A DNA stretch of 52,444 nucleotides, filler included, from Catajapyx aquilonaris (taxonomy: Eukaryota), in assembly GCA_000934665.2 (NCBI GenBank). It is 3 parts of 3 records of this genome, joined end to end, with 100 filler letters (N's around TTAATTAATTAA, not from the genome) between each part and the next. Parts side by side here need not be neighbours in the genome. Positions count along the whole stretch, not along the records: positions 1 to 17,346 come from JYFJ02006966.1; positions 17,447 to 35,005 come from KZ539622.1; 1 more part is not named here. One strand, written 5' to 3'. Positions 12,411-25,773 of the stretch are shown here, piece by piece (the stretch's first letter is position 1; every line of letters starts with the position of its first letter). The notes beneath the pieces were generated by a model, which saw nothing but the letters and a program-made list of their open reading frames with translations, did not search any database and was not told where the DNA came from. Both the position numbers and the translations under genes were made by a program.

Positions 12411-15400
12411 GTACGTATTATAGGCTAAGGTAACCCAACCCTCGACCAATTAACTCCCCCCAGAACCTTATCCGATTACTTCATCATCTTGGGGTCCGGA
12501 AAGTGCCACCTGGGTTGTCGGGTTTCATGGGGAGCGAGGGGGAAAAAACGAGTGGCATCCGAATCCAGGACGACCAATAATTGCGGGTATTTATAGGGCT
12601 CGAGAGCCGCGGCTCACGCTGATTCACTTCGGATTCAATCAGAGTAAGCGTCCATCGGACAGACAACTCGCGTCAGTTCGGGTGTCAGGGAAAAGTATTT
12701 TTTTTGGATCTGTTTTGAACCCGTCGCAGTGGTGAGCAGATTTGATCCACCACCACCGCGTAATTATGGTCATGTTTAATCCGGCTATAGCAGTCACGTA
12801 TTGGGCGGCCAAAATGCCAAGGATGGGAGCAGGCAAGAGGGGTTGCATGCTGCACAGGATGAACCCGAATGGTTGTGCAGTGCGGCACGTACGGATCCCA
12901 CGGGAGGCAATTACTTCAGGTTAAATGTATAAAGGGCCCACAGAAGGGCCGTTGCCAACCGACTATTTTTTACCTCCGAAACTTTTAACTTCGTGTGTCT
13001 TGACGACATGCTCCGTGACGGCAATTTGTCCCGCTAATTTCCTTATTGCCGCTGCACAAACTTGGAAGGAATCCCCTCCAATTAAGGCTCGCACCGCAAA
13101 TTTAACACGCAATATACTGTAACGTCGATACAAACTACAGTGTCTGCTGCTGGTGGGTACGACGGAATTAATGGTATAGAGGGGGTCCAATAGCTGTAGG
13201 ATGATCGATCCCTCCGAGATGTTGTCTCCCCACATCATCACCCTGGCCCTTCCAACATAACCTGCACACTTTTCATTCTGAGCACTGGACCGCAAACACG
13301 GAGCTATCAAAAGCGGGCTTGACCCTTCACCTTCTGCTGGTATTTGCAAGGGGTGCTCCCCCGAAAATTTGGGCCGGTGACGTGCGGCTGGCTCATCCGG
13401 CGTCCCCTGAGGCAATCATCCGCCATCCGGGACTGTAGCCAGAGAGGCTCTTTCCTCAGACCCCCTTGCTTCTGATGCCATCACGTCTCCTTCTGCGGGC
13501 GTGGTTGGCCCCCACCAGGCCCTCCATTTTTATTTTATTGGGCGACTCTATGGGCTGGGAAGTGCCGGGGACCGCTGACGTACTCGTCCCGAGGGACCAG
13601 AAGAAAAGAGGTGCCGGAATATGGGGGTTTACTAGTGCCGGAAAGATTCAGGACGCGCTTCTTTTTTTAGGGGTCTGGTCAGAGCAGGTCGTTTGCATCG
13701 ATCCTTCTTTCCTGTTTCTTCCGTTGCTTGGTCCGTCCTGCAGGCGCCTCTCTAGGTTGCTGGTCCATTTGTCTCGTGACGCAGGGCGGGATGGACCAAT
13801 TAAGGATGCGGTTGGCCGCTGCCGACGACGACGGTGACGTGCTGCGGGAGGGCTCATGGGCTTGTTGACAATGACGTAAATCTGCATGTCGAGGCTGCCG
13901 GCACGACAGTCACCTGTCATTCCCGGCAAAGATTGATTGCGTGTGGCTTATACCCCTAACAAGTGGGGGGCCAGCAGTGATCCCCACCGAGGGAACGACT
14001 GCATTGCTTTTAAATGTCCTATTGGTATGATGCATGGACGGCCGAGGTCGAGGAAGAAAGGGGTTATAAGCTGGGCAAACCGGCGCAGATTTTGTGTGTG
14101 CGCGTGTGTCAAGATGGAATAGATATGATCTACTGAGGGGAAAGTATATATGGGGAGCTTTGGAATCAATATCGGGCAGGCCGCATTCAATTTTTGCTAT
14201 TCGGGCGCCTAAGGATATTGTCCCCTTTCGCATTGTTTAAAACTTGGCTTGTACGATATGCGTACCGAACAATAATATTCGTGGGCTCCGTATCGTATAT
14301 GCTCGGCTGTGGTGTATTGTCGTTTTCGGAGGCATATTCGGGGTTACTTTTTGACAAATACATCCCCCTGTCCTATTTTTATGCCGGGCATTCAGAACGG
14401 TAATAGCAACATTATGCTGACAATGCCGCAATGATAATAGCCCCCCGCGTTATAGTCGCGAAACTCAATAAACCCTGATCCGGAAGGACGAAAAGCCGAT
14501 ACTTTTGATATTTCCCGTACAGTACCGCAATTTCGGGCAGAGTGGCGTTTGAAGCCTATACATATATACTAGAGGGATGATAAAGCCTTAATAAGGTCAC
14601 CCGACTCGGCCATTGCTTCTGGGATTCGGCAAAACTTTGTGCGCGCTAGATGCAACTTGGGAGCAAGTAAACCGAGTGATAAATGGGGAAAAGAAAGAAG
14701 TTGGCGGTTGACCCGAGTATATTACGAGCGGAAGGAACAAAGGCAGCTGGTCGGTCGTCACTGCGAATCTGCTGGGAATCGAGAGTAGTTGTTCTTGGCA
14801 GCCCAGCCTCTTCTTCACGGTTTCAAACTCGGGCTTGCTTGCTTGTTTGTTTGCCCGAGGCCTTAAATAATGAAAAATCACTCCTTGTGCAAGTCCAGCT
14901 AGCCCCAGTCATCCTCCAACTCCGGGCTTTCTTGTAGCGTGCCGGCCCAGGATGATCGGATGGACGTGAAGATAACTGCAACTGGTTAGCAGGAATGTCA
15001 GTAATAAAACAAGAGGCCGTGTTTGGGACGGGGGAGTCATGGCTACCGGGGTCCAAAGGGCTCAGCTGCAGCGCCATTGATTGGAATCGAACCGTTTTTG
15101 GGGGGTAGCACCAGCAGCAGTAGGAGAAGGTCCCAAGGACGCAGGATTGCACCCCTTTCCCCCCCTTCCCTCAACCCACCCACTCCACTTCACCCTTCCA
15201 ATGGGCCGAGGGACATTTGGGATGCATTGGATTGAATTAGGGCCCGGGGTATTGAGTTGGGATGGGGAAGAGCTGGGTTTGTCCTACTCATTCACGCGCC
15301 ACCAGCATCCCAGGCATTCCGCCCTTTCTTTGCCTGGATCCAACCGCCGATGTGTCTCAGCATCCGGTGGAGCCCACCAATAATAACATTGGGCTCTGGA

Positions 15401-15800
15401 GGACGTCGGGTCTCCTGGGATCAGAGTTGGGATGCCGACGCCGACGACGCTGCAATTATTGTGATGCACCCAATTGGAAAGACACTGATGGGACATGCGA
15501 GGAGGAGGGCTTCACTGCGCTCTCTGGAACTTGCCATGGAAACGGGTGCTCACTGTTCGCGGGCACGGTTCCATGCTAAATTAGGGTTTCCATGGGGGGT
15601 AGGAGAGATGGAGAAAAGAGGAAATAATAATGACAATCCGGGATTACGAGTCTTTTCTCTTCAGACTTCATTACTGATTTTCAACTTTTGGTTCGGGAGT
15701 AAACGCCGCAGCATAGGAGTTTTAATTAAAGGAAATTTTGCTCCTTTCCCCATGATTCTGACGGGTGTAATGATTTCTTTTTATTCCCTTCTTTTGGCAG

Positions 15801-16018
15801 GTTCTTGATGGTTTTCATGTGCCTGGCGTTGAGCGTGTTCTCCACCATCGACGAATACGAAGACTTGGCAGGCCTCGCTCTCTTTTACATGGAGATGGTG
15901 GTGGTGGTGTGGTTCACAATCGAATTCCTGCTGAGGCTCTGGTCCTCGGGTTGCCGATCTCGCTACCAGGGACCAATGGGCCGACTCAAGTTCCTCCGCC
16001 GTCCTTTCTGCATCATCG
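15801..16018 (+). CDS. KCNQ: KCNQ exon encoding S1, S2 and the S2-S3 linker
   Basis: Polypyrimidine tract + CAG acceptor at 15800; encodes FLMVFMCLALSVFSTIDEYE...EFLLRLWSSGCRSRYQGPMGRLKFLRRPFCII; donor G|GTGAGT at 16019; phase matches the previous exon. Later exons are not seen in the window. Confidence 0.95.
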
Positions 16019-17251
16019 GTGAGTCAATACACAAAGCACGCTTTGTTCCACACACACCGTGCGTTTGCATGGAATATTACTAGCTGCACTGTAAAGTCTC
16101 ACGGTCATTATGCATGTATCGCCCATACTTTTTTGTGCGGGGCAAAAGGAGGTCTGCATCTAGCGTCTGAATTATTCATTGCTCCCTTTTGAAGTGCCGC
16201 GTAACAGATTTTGTGCAGTGTGTGCGTCTCGATTTAAACTCTGCGACGAGGGAGCCAGGCGTATGCATATGGAAATCCCTTCGAATTGTCCTCCGGCACT
16301 TGTCAGATGTAAAGCCGCACTTCATGCTATTATTTCGTTCAAGTGTCAGCCAATGGCTTGCGCAATGGTGGAAAAAAAGAGGCAGTGAATCATTCAGTGC
16401 GGCTGCATTGTAGCTGATTGACATGGGTTTGGTCGGGACTGCATTTACCTCGTAATCATGCCCTAGGTTCCGAAAATCCCGTTACCAAGGGCCAAAGTGC
16501 ACGGCAAGGATGTGTGGCTATAGGGATCAAAACAAGTTGCGGTATTTCCTGACAGCGCTGTGGTTTGGAAACGAAGTGTTGCATGGGCCTGGAAAATTGC
16601 GTTGTTATCATATGAAATATCCTCCTGAAAACATGGACTAATTGCATGAATAATAACCGACTAAATGTGTACTGAAATAGGAAGCGTATTATGTTTGCTT
16701 TGCTGAAGGCGCGTGTGTGTATGGGGCTGGGGGCAACGATCTACTGTATAGTGGCGAGGCCATTATTTGCTGTAACTTATGTAAGAGTCCGTGGGCCTGA
16801 AGTTAACGCATATCAAACGCACGCCATAAATCACTACTAGTACTGTACATGAGCGGATTTTTGTATTGGTCTAGGACAGCGTCATAATGGCAGAGTGTTT
16901 TATCTTCACATAGCTATATCTGATTGTTGCCATGAGTAGATATTTTGGTAGCGCGCCTCACGCGTGGTGTTTCATTTGGTGTGATTTGCATGAATTAATT
17001 GATAGGCTGCAGGCTTCTCAAGAGACTGGAGTATAGAATGCGATTAGATATCAGCCTCATTACAATAATGAGGAGTTCATTACTGAACACTGGAGTTGGC
17101 TGTTTATGCAAATTATATTTAATCTTCGTATATATAAACAAGCATTGTTTACCTAAATAATCATAACCGCGATAAAGTAGAACAAGTGTCTTTTTTTTAA
17201 AACGCGCAACATAATTACCATCCACTCCCCTGTATACAGTATATGCATGTA

Positions 17252-17346
17252 CGAGGGTCGTCCAATAAGTTCTGAGCCTGATGTTGAAAGACATGTTTGA
17301 TGGTCAAAATTTTATTAAGACTTTTCGACGTAGTCACCTTGAACCA
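17252..17346 (+). mobile_element. Terminal fragment of a mariner-like DNA transposon, cut by the contig end
   Basis: TA|CGAGGGTCGTCCAATAAGTTCTGAGCC...TTTTCGACGTAGTCACCTTG resembles mariner 5' termini with a TA target site. Confidence 0.55.
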
Positions 17347-17446
17347 NNNNNNNNNNNNNNNNNNNNNNNNNNNNNNNNNNNNNNNNNNNNTTAATTAATT
17401 AANNNNNNNNNNNNNNNNNNNNNNNNNNNNNNNNNNNNNNNNNNNN
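17347..17446. other. Artificial contig-joining spacer (44 N + TTAATTAATTAA + 44 N)
   Basis: Exactly 100 bp; the core gives stops in all six frames; identical copy at 35006-35105. Confidence 0.95.
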
Positions 17447-18319
17447 GAATAAAGAGACACGTAGACAAAAATGTCAAAAAATTTTATCCTCACATTTCTT
17501 AGAACACGGATAAAGTCATGGAAGATATACCACAGAAAAGCACACAGTTTCGCTTATAGAATCAGTAAAAAAAACGCGTTCAAATCGAGCAGAAAATCGC
17601 TCAAAAAATCGTCCAGATTTTCTCCAGTGACCTCCGCAATCTCATCCCACCCACTGCACTTTGAAACGGATCCTTTTCCCATAACACCCACTGCATAACC
17701 CTCCTTTTTGCAGACATATCACCCCATGACACCCCTCCTCCAATCTCCCCAACCGCTGACTCGCCCCAGACAACGTCGTTAAACGGTCCCCCCGAAGAAA
17801 AAAAAACCCGTTGGATTGTCGACATGGTTCAATTTCTTTGTAAGGTTTGCAGCAAAAGATAGGTTGGTGGTAGGGTATAAAGATAGACCCGGGGCGTGGA
17901 CTGGGTAATCAGATGAAGTATCGGAGGAAGGTCCCTGAAGTAAATCCTGCGCCTCAAGCATGCATTTTGAACCCCCCCCCCCTCCCTTTTCCTCTCCCAA
18001 GTTCCTCCAGACCAAAAACCATTTCTTGCAGCTGCTACTAAACCCTCCTCCCCCAAAACTTGCCTTATTACTTCGGCACTACCACTTTGCAAACGTCACC
18101 GGGTGACGTCAAGGGGACATACACGCCTCTCATCTGATATCAATCCTGCGTCAAAATATGGAGCCATGTTGCAGGGAATGGCACCGCGACGCTTCGCCCC
18201 CTTCCCTCCCTTTCCTACCCCGCCTCTCCCCAAACCTTCCCTCCAGGGGCGGTTGGCCCATTTTGGAGATACTGCGGGCAACCCTACTATGATTTATCGG
18301 GCTTTTATTTTATGGGCAC

Positions 18320-18351
<32 letters not shown>

Positions 18352-18903
18352 GGCGGATTTACACNGGGGGGAGGTGAAGGGAGGAGTTAGATTTATTTGA
18401 TTTGTAGGCTGGCGACAATTTTTTGAGGGGAGTTATGCATTTTTTTGTTTCCAAATATGTATCACTATACTGTAGATTACAATTAGATAGTTGGTTCACA
18501 CTGAGATAACATGCATTGAAATGTGAGATCCCACCAAAAACATTTCTGTAAAAAAAAGGCCAAGTTCTCCTGACTGCTTGGCCGTCAAAAGTGGTGAGAT
18601 CTAAAATACGGCCATTGAAATGTGAGATTTAGGGTCGAATTTTCGAAAATTCTACCTGAAATTGTTAGCAAAATGTATTAGTAAGCATACTTTTTTTATT
18701 TGTTTATATTTATATTTATTTTACCCCGTGACAGGCCTCCATGGGCCTTTTGGGGGGGGGGGGGGGGGCNACACCACCATCAATTGTTTAACTTCAATCT
18801 CCGGGGCAAGGAATCAAGGACATTAGGTAAGGATAGGGATTTTCGGGGAGGGGACAGGGGTGCAGGTGCAATGTCTCAAGTTTGGGCCATATGCAGTCCC
18901 CCA

Positions 18904-19140
18904 AGAGGTTAGGTTACCAGACACCTCCAAGGTGCGGGTCAGAGACCCTATTCCGACGCAGGTGGAAGGGAAATCCCAGGCGGGGATCGAACCTAGAGGT
19001 TAGGTTGCCAGACACCTCCAAGTTACGGGTCAGTGACCCTCCCGACGCAGGTGAAAGGGAAATCCCAGGCGGGGAACGAACCTGGGACCTTTCACTCAAC
19101 AAGCTGAGACGTTACCATCTCGGCCACCATACCTCCCCCC
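18904..19140 (-). mobile_element. tRNA-derived SINE head with an internal ~90-bp tandem duplication
   Basis: Minus strand reads GGGGGGAGGTATGGTGGCCGAGATGGTAACG...AAGGTCCCAGGTTCGTTCCCCGCCTGGG (A box and B box); 18904-18994 and 18995-19083 are diverged direct copies, each with a B box; related copy at 52349. The 3' limit of the element is uncertain. Confidence 0.7.
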
Positions 19141-20970
19141 TTAGTAAGCATACTGTAAGTGTTGAAGGAAACGTAAGTTAACCCTCATCGATATGTAATA
19201 TTAAAATCATTCGTTGTATGACCGAGGCTTCTGATTGGCCAGCCTTATTCTGTTTGCGATTCCGATTGGCAGCCGGCGCCTGCGCAATGGGAGGAAGCAG
19301 CGCCTCTGGTGGGTGGGAGAAGTAACTACTTCAGAGATCGAAGTACACACATTGAATGCATCAAACGTGTTTTAAATTATTAAAACAGTTATCAAGATTC
19401 AAATTTAAGCGTAACATATCTTACAGTATAATAGAAAATTGTCAAAACTTGGCAACACTGCCCCGCCCTTCGACGGACGTATTACAGTATGTCGCACATT
19501 GATGGCGCATCAAATCGAAGTTCTAAGATCATGAGATTTACGTTTGTGTTATGATGAACACACCTACCAGTACATTAGACTACATTATTTGGTTCTCCAG
19601 TAGTTTTTTTTGGAGTTGTTACAAATAATAGTACAGTACCTGCTGAAAAAAAGTGAAACTCAGTTTATTCCTATCAGCAGCTCGAGTTTAGGAAAATTTT
19701 TATATCAAAGTTGTCCGTTTACAATTTTTGTTAGGCTTTATATTTTCCAGAAACTCTGAAAACGCGAATGTTTTTGCAAAATTTTCAGCTAAAGCCGAAT
19801 ATTCTGGAGCAAAAGTGAATGACTCGATATGAATTTTTTTAAATTGCGAAAACATTACAGTACAAAATGCAAGTTGCCGGTAATAGATAGAGATTTTTCT
19901 TCAGTGGCGCTTCTTATTATATTTGGAACAGCTATTTCAGAAGGTGTCATATTAGTTGCTAATATTAGGTTGAGTAGATGTGTCATATGTAACCATTTCA
20001 GAAAAGACTATGCAACCAAAATTAAAAGTGAGACAAAATGTTATTTGTAATTAAACTGAAAAAAAATTGCTGTAATTTAGTGCCGAATATCCATTCGACA
20101 TAATACCAGCAGCTAAATTTTGATAGCTCTTGTTCGAAAGTAGCTGATTAAAAATAAGCCGCTTAGTGCGAAAAAAATGTTACTGATTCACATCTTAATA
20201 AAAATGTAAAGCCCTATAGAATGTGACAGTAAAATATTAAATTACAATTTTTGTAACGTACGGAGAGATATGTATCAGACAATATACAGGGTGATCCTAC
20301 AAGTATCTCCAAACCGTCACATACCGTATGGGCACATAATCCCGAAATGTTTCCCCCTCCCCTCCTCCCATAACAGTAGTTCATGCTTCGCCCATCCCGT
20401 TGGCGCTGTAATCGCAAAATTATACCAAAATGGCCCCCACTGAAAGATCCAACGCCGCTTTCGGAGGGCTTTTTTTTTTGGTTGGTGTCTCTGAGTCTGT
20501 CAGTGCAGTCCGCTGTCGTTTTGTGGCGAAGTAGTTGGCCGTAAAAACAAGGCAAGCACTTGAACTCGGTACGATAAACTAAAAAGGGGGGCACCGACTG
20601 TCTGCGAGGCCCCTGGAATAACATCTGCGTTCCAGAGTAACTGACACCCCAAATGGATACGTGTCCAGGATACTGGAAATGGGAGGGGGGTTTACCCCCC
20701 AGGTCGATTGCAGTGCACCATGGTGGCAAAACTGGAAACTATAGCGAGGGGAAAATCTCTTCTGATTGGTTTTGAACAAGGCAATACATGGAGGGTCATG
20801 CTCCAGGGTTGTTCTCTGCCCAAGTTGACCGTCCGAAGAGAGGGAGACCGGGGGAGGGGGGTGGATTACTCATCCCTGTAGTAGCAGTAGCAGCACCAGC
20901 ACCAGCAGTGGTGGTGGTGGTAGTTGTAGAAGAACTATTATTACGACTACAGTATTAATTATCACTATAA

Positions 20971-21130
20971 AATACTATTAATTATTATTAGCAAATGCAG
21001 TAATACTATTAATTATTATTAGCAAATGCAGTAATACTATTAATTATTATTAGCAAATGCAGTAATACTATTAATTATTATTATCAAATGCAGTAATACT
21101 ATTAATTATTACTATCAAACTCAGTAATAT
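20971..21130. repeat. 31-bp minisatellite, about 5 copies
   Basis: Unit AATACTATTAATTATTATTAGCAAATGCAGT starting at 20971, 21002, 21033, 21064, 21095. Confidence 0.9.
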
Positions 21131-21342
21131 TATGAATTTATCAAATATTCTGAAATATCTCGTAAAATCTCTCGTAAAATCTCTCGTAAAATCTGAAAAA
21201 ACCTCGTAATTATCCCCAATGTTGTTATTAATTGTTATCAACTATAATCACAATTAATTATTATCAATTATCATTACAATATTGTTATCAAACATTGCGG
21301 TAATGTTAATTATTACTACTATCAATTATTACAATAATAATG

Positions 21343-21585
<243 letters not shown>

Positions 21586-22360
21586 AAGTCAAATATTATA
21601 TATTTAAAACTGGCAGTCTCTGTCGGGATAGGTTATTTAGATAAATTTGACCCCATATACATATCTGGCTAATAATTGTAGATGACCCGAGGAAGTGTCC
21701 AGCATATTTGTTAGTATTTATTTCATTTCATTTTCCATGACCTTGTATTTACGTTAACTCTACCTCATTGCTAACATATTACGTAAAGTTTGATGTGCAC
21801 CACAATGTTCGACCAGGTTTTTAATCCGACCTTTTTTTTTATCGGTGTACGCTGGACTTAAGGTGTTAACCCTTGTGCCCAAGTGGTGGTTGGAAAATTG
21901 AGCGGTTTTAATCCTCGATTTAGGCCCGCGATTACATCACTGAAAAGATACAGCCTCAATCCCTCTGTTAGTCCGTGTTATTAATTGCTCTGGTTCATTG
22001 TTGCCCACAAATGAAGCGCCTCAACTTCATAAGAATTTCAACCGTCCTCCTAAGAAGAATGTAAGCCCTAATTAAGAGAGTTTAAGGCAGGATTTATGAA
22101 ACATTTAACGTCCACTCCTAAGACGCAAAAATGAGCTAAGAATCGGGTCGATGGAAGCCCGGATTTATGAAGATTTTAAGCCGGATTTAAGAATTTTTTA
22201 TACAATGTCAAGCTTGATTTAGTGCCATAATTTGGACAGAAGAGGTTACTATTACATGTAACATTTTAGTAACTATGAACAGAGTTGTTAACTGACTCAT
22301 ATGGTAACGCTATTTTGGTAGCATTTAAGTCAGGAAGATCGTGATAATTAAAAATCTGTC

Positions 22361-23130
22361 GTAGCGTGAGCTTGAGAGTGAGTAAGAGCTTGACTGTGGA
22401 CGTGAGAGTGATCATGAACGTCAGTGTGATCAAGAGCGTAAATTGAGAGTGAATAAGCGCTTCAGAAAGCACGTGAGAGTAAGAGCTTGAGCGTGAGTGT
22501 GATCAACAGCGTAAGCGTAAATTGAGAGTGAATAAGAGCTTAAGAAAGAACGTGAGAGTAAGAGCTTGAGTGTGAGTGTGAGCAAGAGTTTAAGGAGGAA
22601 CTTGAGAGTGAGCAAGATCTTGAGCGTGGAAGTGAGCGTGAGAGTGATCGTGATCAAGAGCGTAAGCGTGAACTTGAAAGTGAGTAAGAACTTGAGGAAG
22701 AACGTCAGAGCTTGAGTATGATCGTGATCAAAAGCGTAAGGGTGAACTTGAGACTGAGCAAGAACTTGAGCATGGCAGTGCGCGTGAGAGCGATGAAGTG
22801 ATCGTGGACGTAATCGTGATCAAGAGTGCAACCGTGAACTTGAGAGCGAGAGCTTGAGGAAGAACATGAGAGGAACAGCTGGACCGTAGACGTGAGCGTG
22901 ATCATGAGCGTGAACGTGAGCGCTATTGTGATCGTGAGCTTAAGCTTGAACTTGAGAGTAAGAGTGTGAGGATGTTGGTGATCGACAGAGTAAGGGTGAA
23001 CTTGAGAATGAATAAGAGCTTGAGTAAGAACGTGAGAGTAAGAACTTGAGCGTGATCGTGATCGAGAGCGAAAGCGTGAACTTGAGAGTAAGTAAGACTT
23101 GAGCATGAGCATCAACAGGGAGCATGAGCA
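22361..23130. repeat. Degenerate hexamer-periodic repeat (GAGCGT/GAGCTT/GAGAGT/GATCGT/GAACTT) with higher-order units
   Basis: About 770 bp built from related 6-mers; a GTGATCAAGAGCGTAA-like block recurs near 22427, 22499, 22650, 22725 and 22817. Confidence 0.8.
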
Positions 23131-24797
23131 AGAAGTCCACGGACAAATCATGTGCGGGAATTGACTTCTCGCTCACGCTCACGCTTCTAGCAGGCTTGCG
23201 AACAAACCGCTTTAAAGTGTCAGCGCCTCGTACCCTGAATAAACGCTCATTCCATCGATTTAACGCGACTTGCTCAAAACGTGCCAGTAATTCGAAAGGA
23301 CTTTGGTCCGTGCTCCAAGTGCCACACCTGTCAACCTCCATTGGCACATCACGTTATCCTCCACACATGACCCAGTTCCAGGTACAAATGAGTACTCAGC
23401 CATTTATTACAACTCCCCCCCCCCTCCATCTCATTCCCAACAGCCTCGTAAGGCCATGAATAGCGACAATACAGAGACAGCATTCATTTGTCAAGACTCG
23501 GAGCAGCCATCTTCAAGCTCCTTAGGAACTAATCTTAGTCACGTGTCTCACGCACCCTCCACACTTTCACGCGAAAGGACATGTTTTTCCTCCAATTTGC
23601 GTCACATGAAACAGTGGGCACTCTTCATATATGCCATCACCACCTTCTTGTATATTATAGAGGTGGTGGTTGGGGGAGACCCCAATTATCGGGTAAAGTT
23701 TCGTATTGACATAGTGCTATGGATAACAGAGTGCTACTCCAGGCAAACTTAGGGGACATCGCCTCTTGAATATCAATTCGGGATATGGTGGGTGTATACA
23801 CTTTGAGGGGTAGGGAGAGGAGGGGGAAGGGTGACACTTCTTTCTTCCTTCGGGGGGGAAGGGTTTCTCCAGGAGCAAACATGGGGTGTTGAAAGGCATT
23901 GTAGGGAGATGGGGGATGTTGTTATAAGTTGTGAAGTGTGCGTGTCACGTAGCGTCACGATAGCCTGATGGGAGTAGCTTGTATGTATACTGTTGGCGTG
24001 ACGGAGCGTGATTTTCGGCTGCTCGTGTCACAAAGAGTCACGTCGAGCTTATTCTCACTCAAAAACTATACGTTCAAAAAGTTAAAAGATTCGGCCTATA
24101 GTGACATCACTCTGGTAAATCTGATTTAAAAAACATGAATCATTTATTCTTGTCTTATCAGCAGTATTTTATGAATTTGTCATTTAATAAATTATAATTA
24201 TAATTATATAATTTATCAGTCGTATTTTATAAATTGAGAAGTGCTCATCAATTATTATTGTCGAGCACTTATCAATTTATAGATTGCTAAATATATTAAA
24301 ACTAAACATATAATTGTTCGATTTAATTTAAATATCCGTATATTTAATATTTAAATTAAATCAAATTACCATGAAACTTTATACTGAATGTTATTTTCAA
24401 AATTAATTTACTTGGTTCAAATTTAATTGCAAATATTTTTTTACATCATATCGATTGTAATTATTCAGCTTCATTTTTACTGCAATTCATGCAATTCATC
24501 TTAATTTTAATGTAATCCAGTTGAGAATTAATGTTCATATTAGTGATTTAATTGTATTAACAGTAATTAATAATGTCGTTATAACTTATTAACAGTAACT
24601 AATAATATTATTATATTAACAATAGTATTGTATTGCAATTGTAATTTTTGCAATTAAATTGTGATATCTTCCATTTGAATTTAAGTTAAAGCAAGTACGA
24701 GTATTAATTAAAGTTAAGTTAAAATTAACCTATTTATTAATTAGATTTAAATTAAGTTAAAATTAAAGTACTTATTAATTACATTTAAAGTAAGTTA

Positions 24798-24885
24798 AAA
24801 TTAAAGCAAGTTCAATTTATTAGTTGTCATATCCTCTATTTTAATTTATGGAAGATATTAGAACTAATTGAACTTGCTTTAATTT
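24798..24885. repeat. 20-bp inverted repeat inside a very AT-rich tract (~24160-25010)
   Basis: AAATTAAAGCAAGTTCAATT (24798-24817) versus AATTGAACTTGCTTTAATTT (24866-24885). Confidence 0.7.
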
Positions 24886-25644
24886 CAAATTTAATGCTGA
24901 TTTAAATTCCTAATTTAATTGGGTTTAATTTTGATGAAAATTTTAGAATGTCTTATATTTATTGCCTAATGCTAATGCCACGTTTGTATTTTTCAAACTG
25001 ACACCTTTATTATTTTAGAAAACCCCAAAATGGTAGTCCAGGACAGCGTGACGCACATTCTGAAGAGGGGGAAATGTGACTGTGCGTGACATAAGGTCAA
25101 AGTAGGTCACTGTGACGCGGCAATCCAACATCCAGGGTCGCCAATCAATTTTCGTCCAAAATGAATGTAATAAACGACGCGTACTGATTAGTTTCAGGAT
25201 CAATTAGTAACGTCCCAATTTTTTTTTTGTTATGTGAAAGGCCTGCATTCTGGTGTACCTCATTGTCGCCAATTACGGCTCTGTAATAATAATTATAAAA
25301 ATGAGCCGCCGAATTCCCGTCGACCGCTAATTTTAATAGGACTTTAATAGCACCGTTAAGTGGTGCATTCTTATATGCCACAGAGTGGAGTCTCATTAAC
25401 AGCCCCCCGCGCTCTATAATACCACAGCCAGAAAATTCAATGCTAGCAATTTTTGAACACGAAAAGTGGGCATTGTTGTGGGCTCAATTACAGTGCTCAT
25501 TTCATCGCAACATGCAGTACTATCAGACCACACACACTGCGTCACTCGCTAATTTTTAAATGGCCAATTGAACGACTCTTACTGAAGGATAAGGACCACA
25601 AGTGCAGCGGATATAATTTGTGCGGATAATTTCCCCCCCCCCCC

Positions 25645-25773
25645 NNNNNNNNNNNNNNNNNNNNNNNNNNNNNNNNNNNNNNNNNNNNNNNNNNNNNNNN
25701 NNNNNNNNNNNNNNNNNNNNNNNNNNNNNNNNNNNNNNNNNNNNNNNNNNNNNNNNNNNNNNNNNNNNNNNNN
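25645..25773. other. Assembly gap (129 N) flanked by poly-C and poly-G
   Basis: Plain N run without the TTAATTAATTAA core, so probably a gap within a scaffold. Confidence 0.9.

Noticed and set aside
19449..19460. hAT-like terminus (CAGTGTTGCCAA on the minus strand)
   Set aside because: No partner end or TSD identified.
20971..21130. CRISPR-like array (31-bp repeats)
   Set aside because: Head-to-tail repeats with no spacers, eukaryotic context, no cas genes.
22266..23151. LTLTL- and SRSRS-rich minus-strand ORFs (SR-protein-like)
   Set aside because: Translations of the hexamer repeat; no RRM or splice structure.
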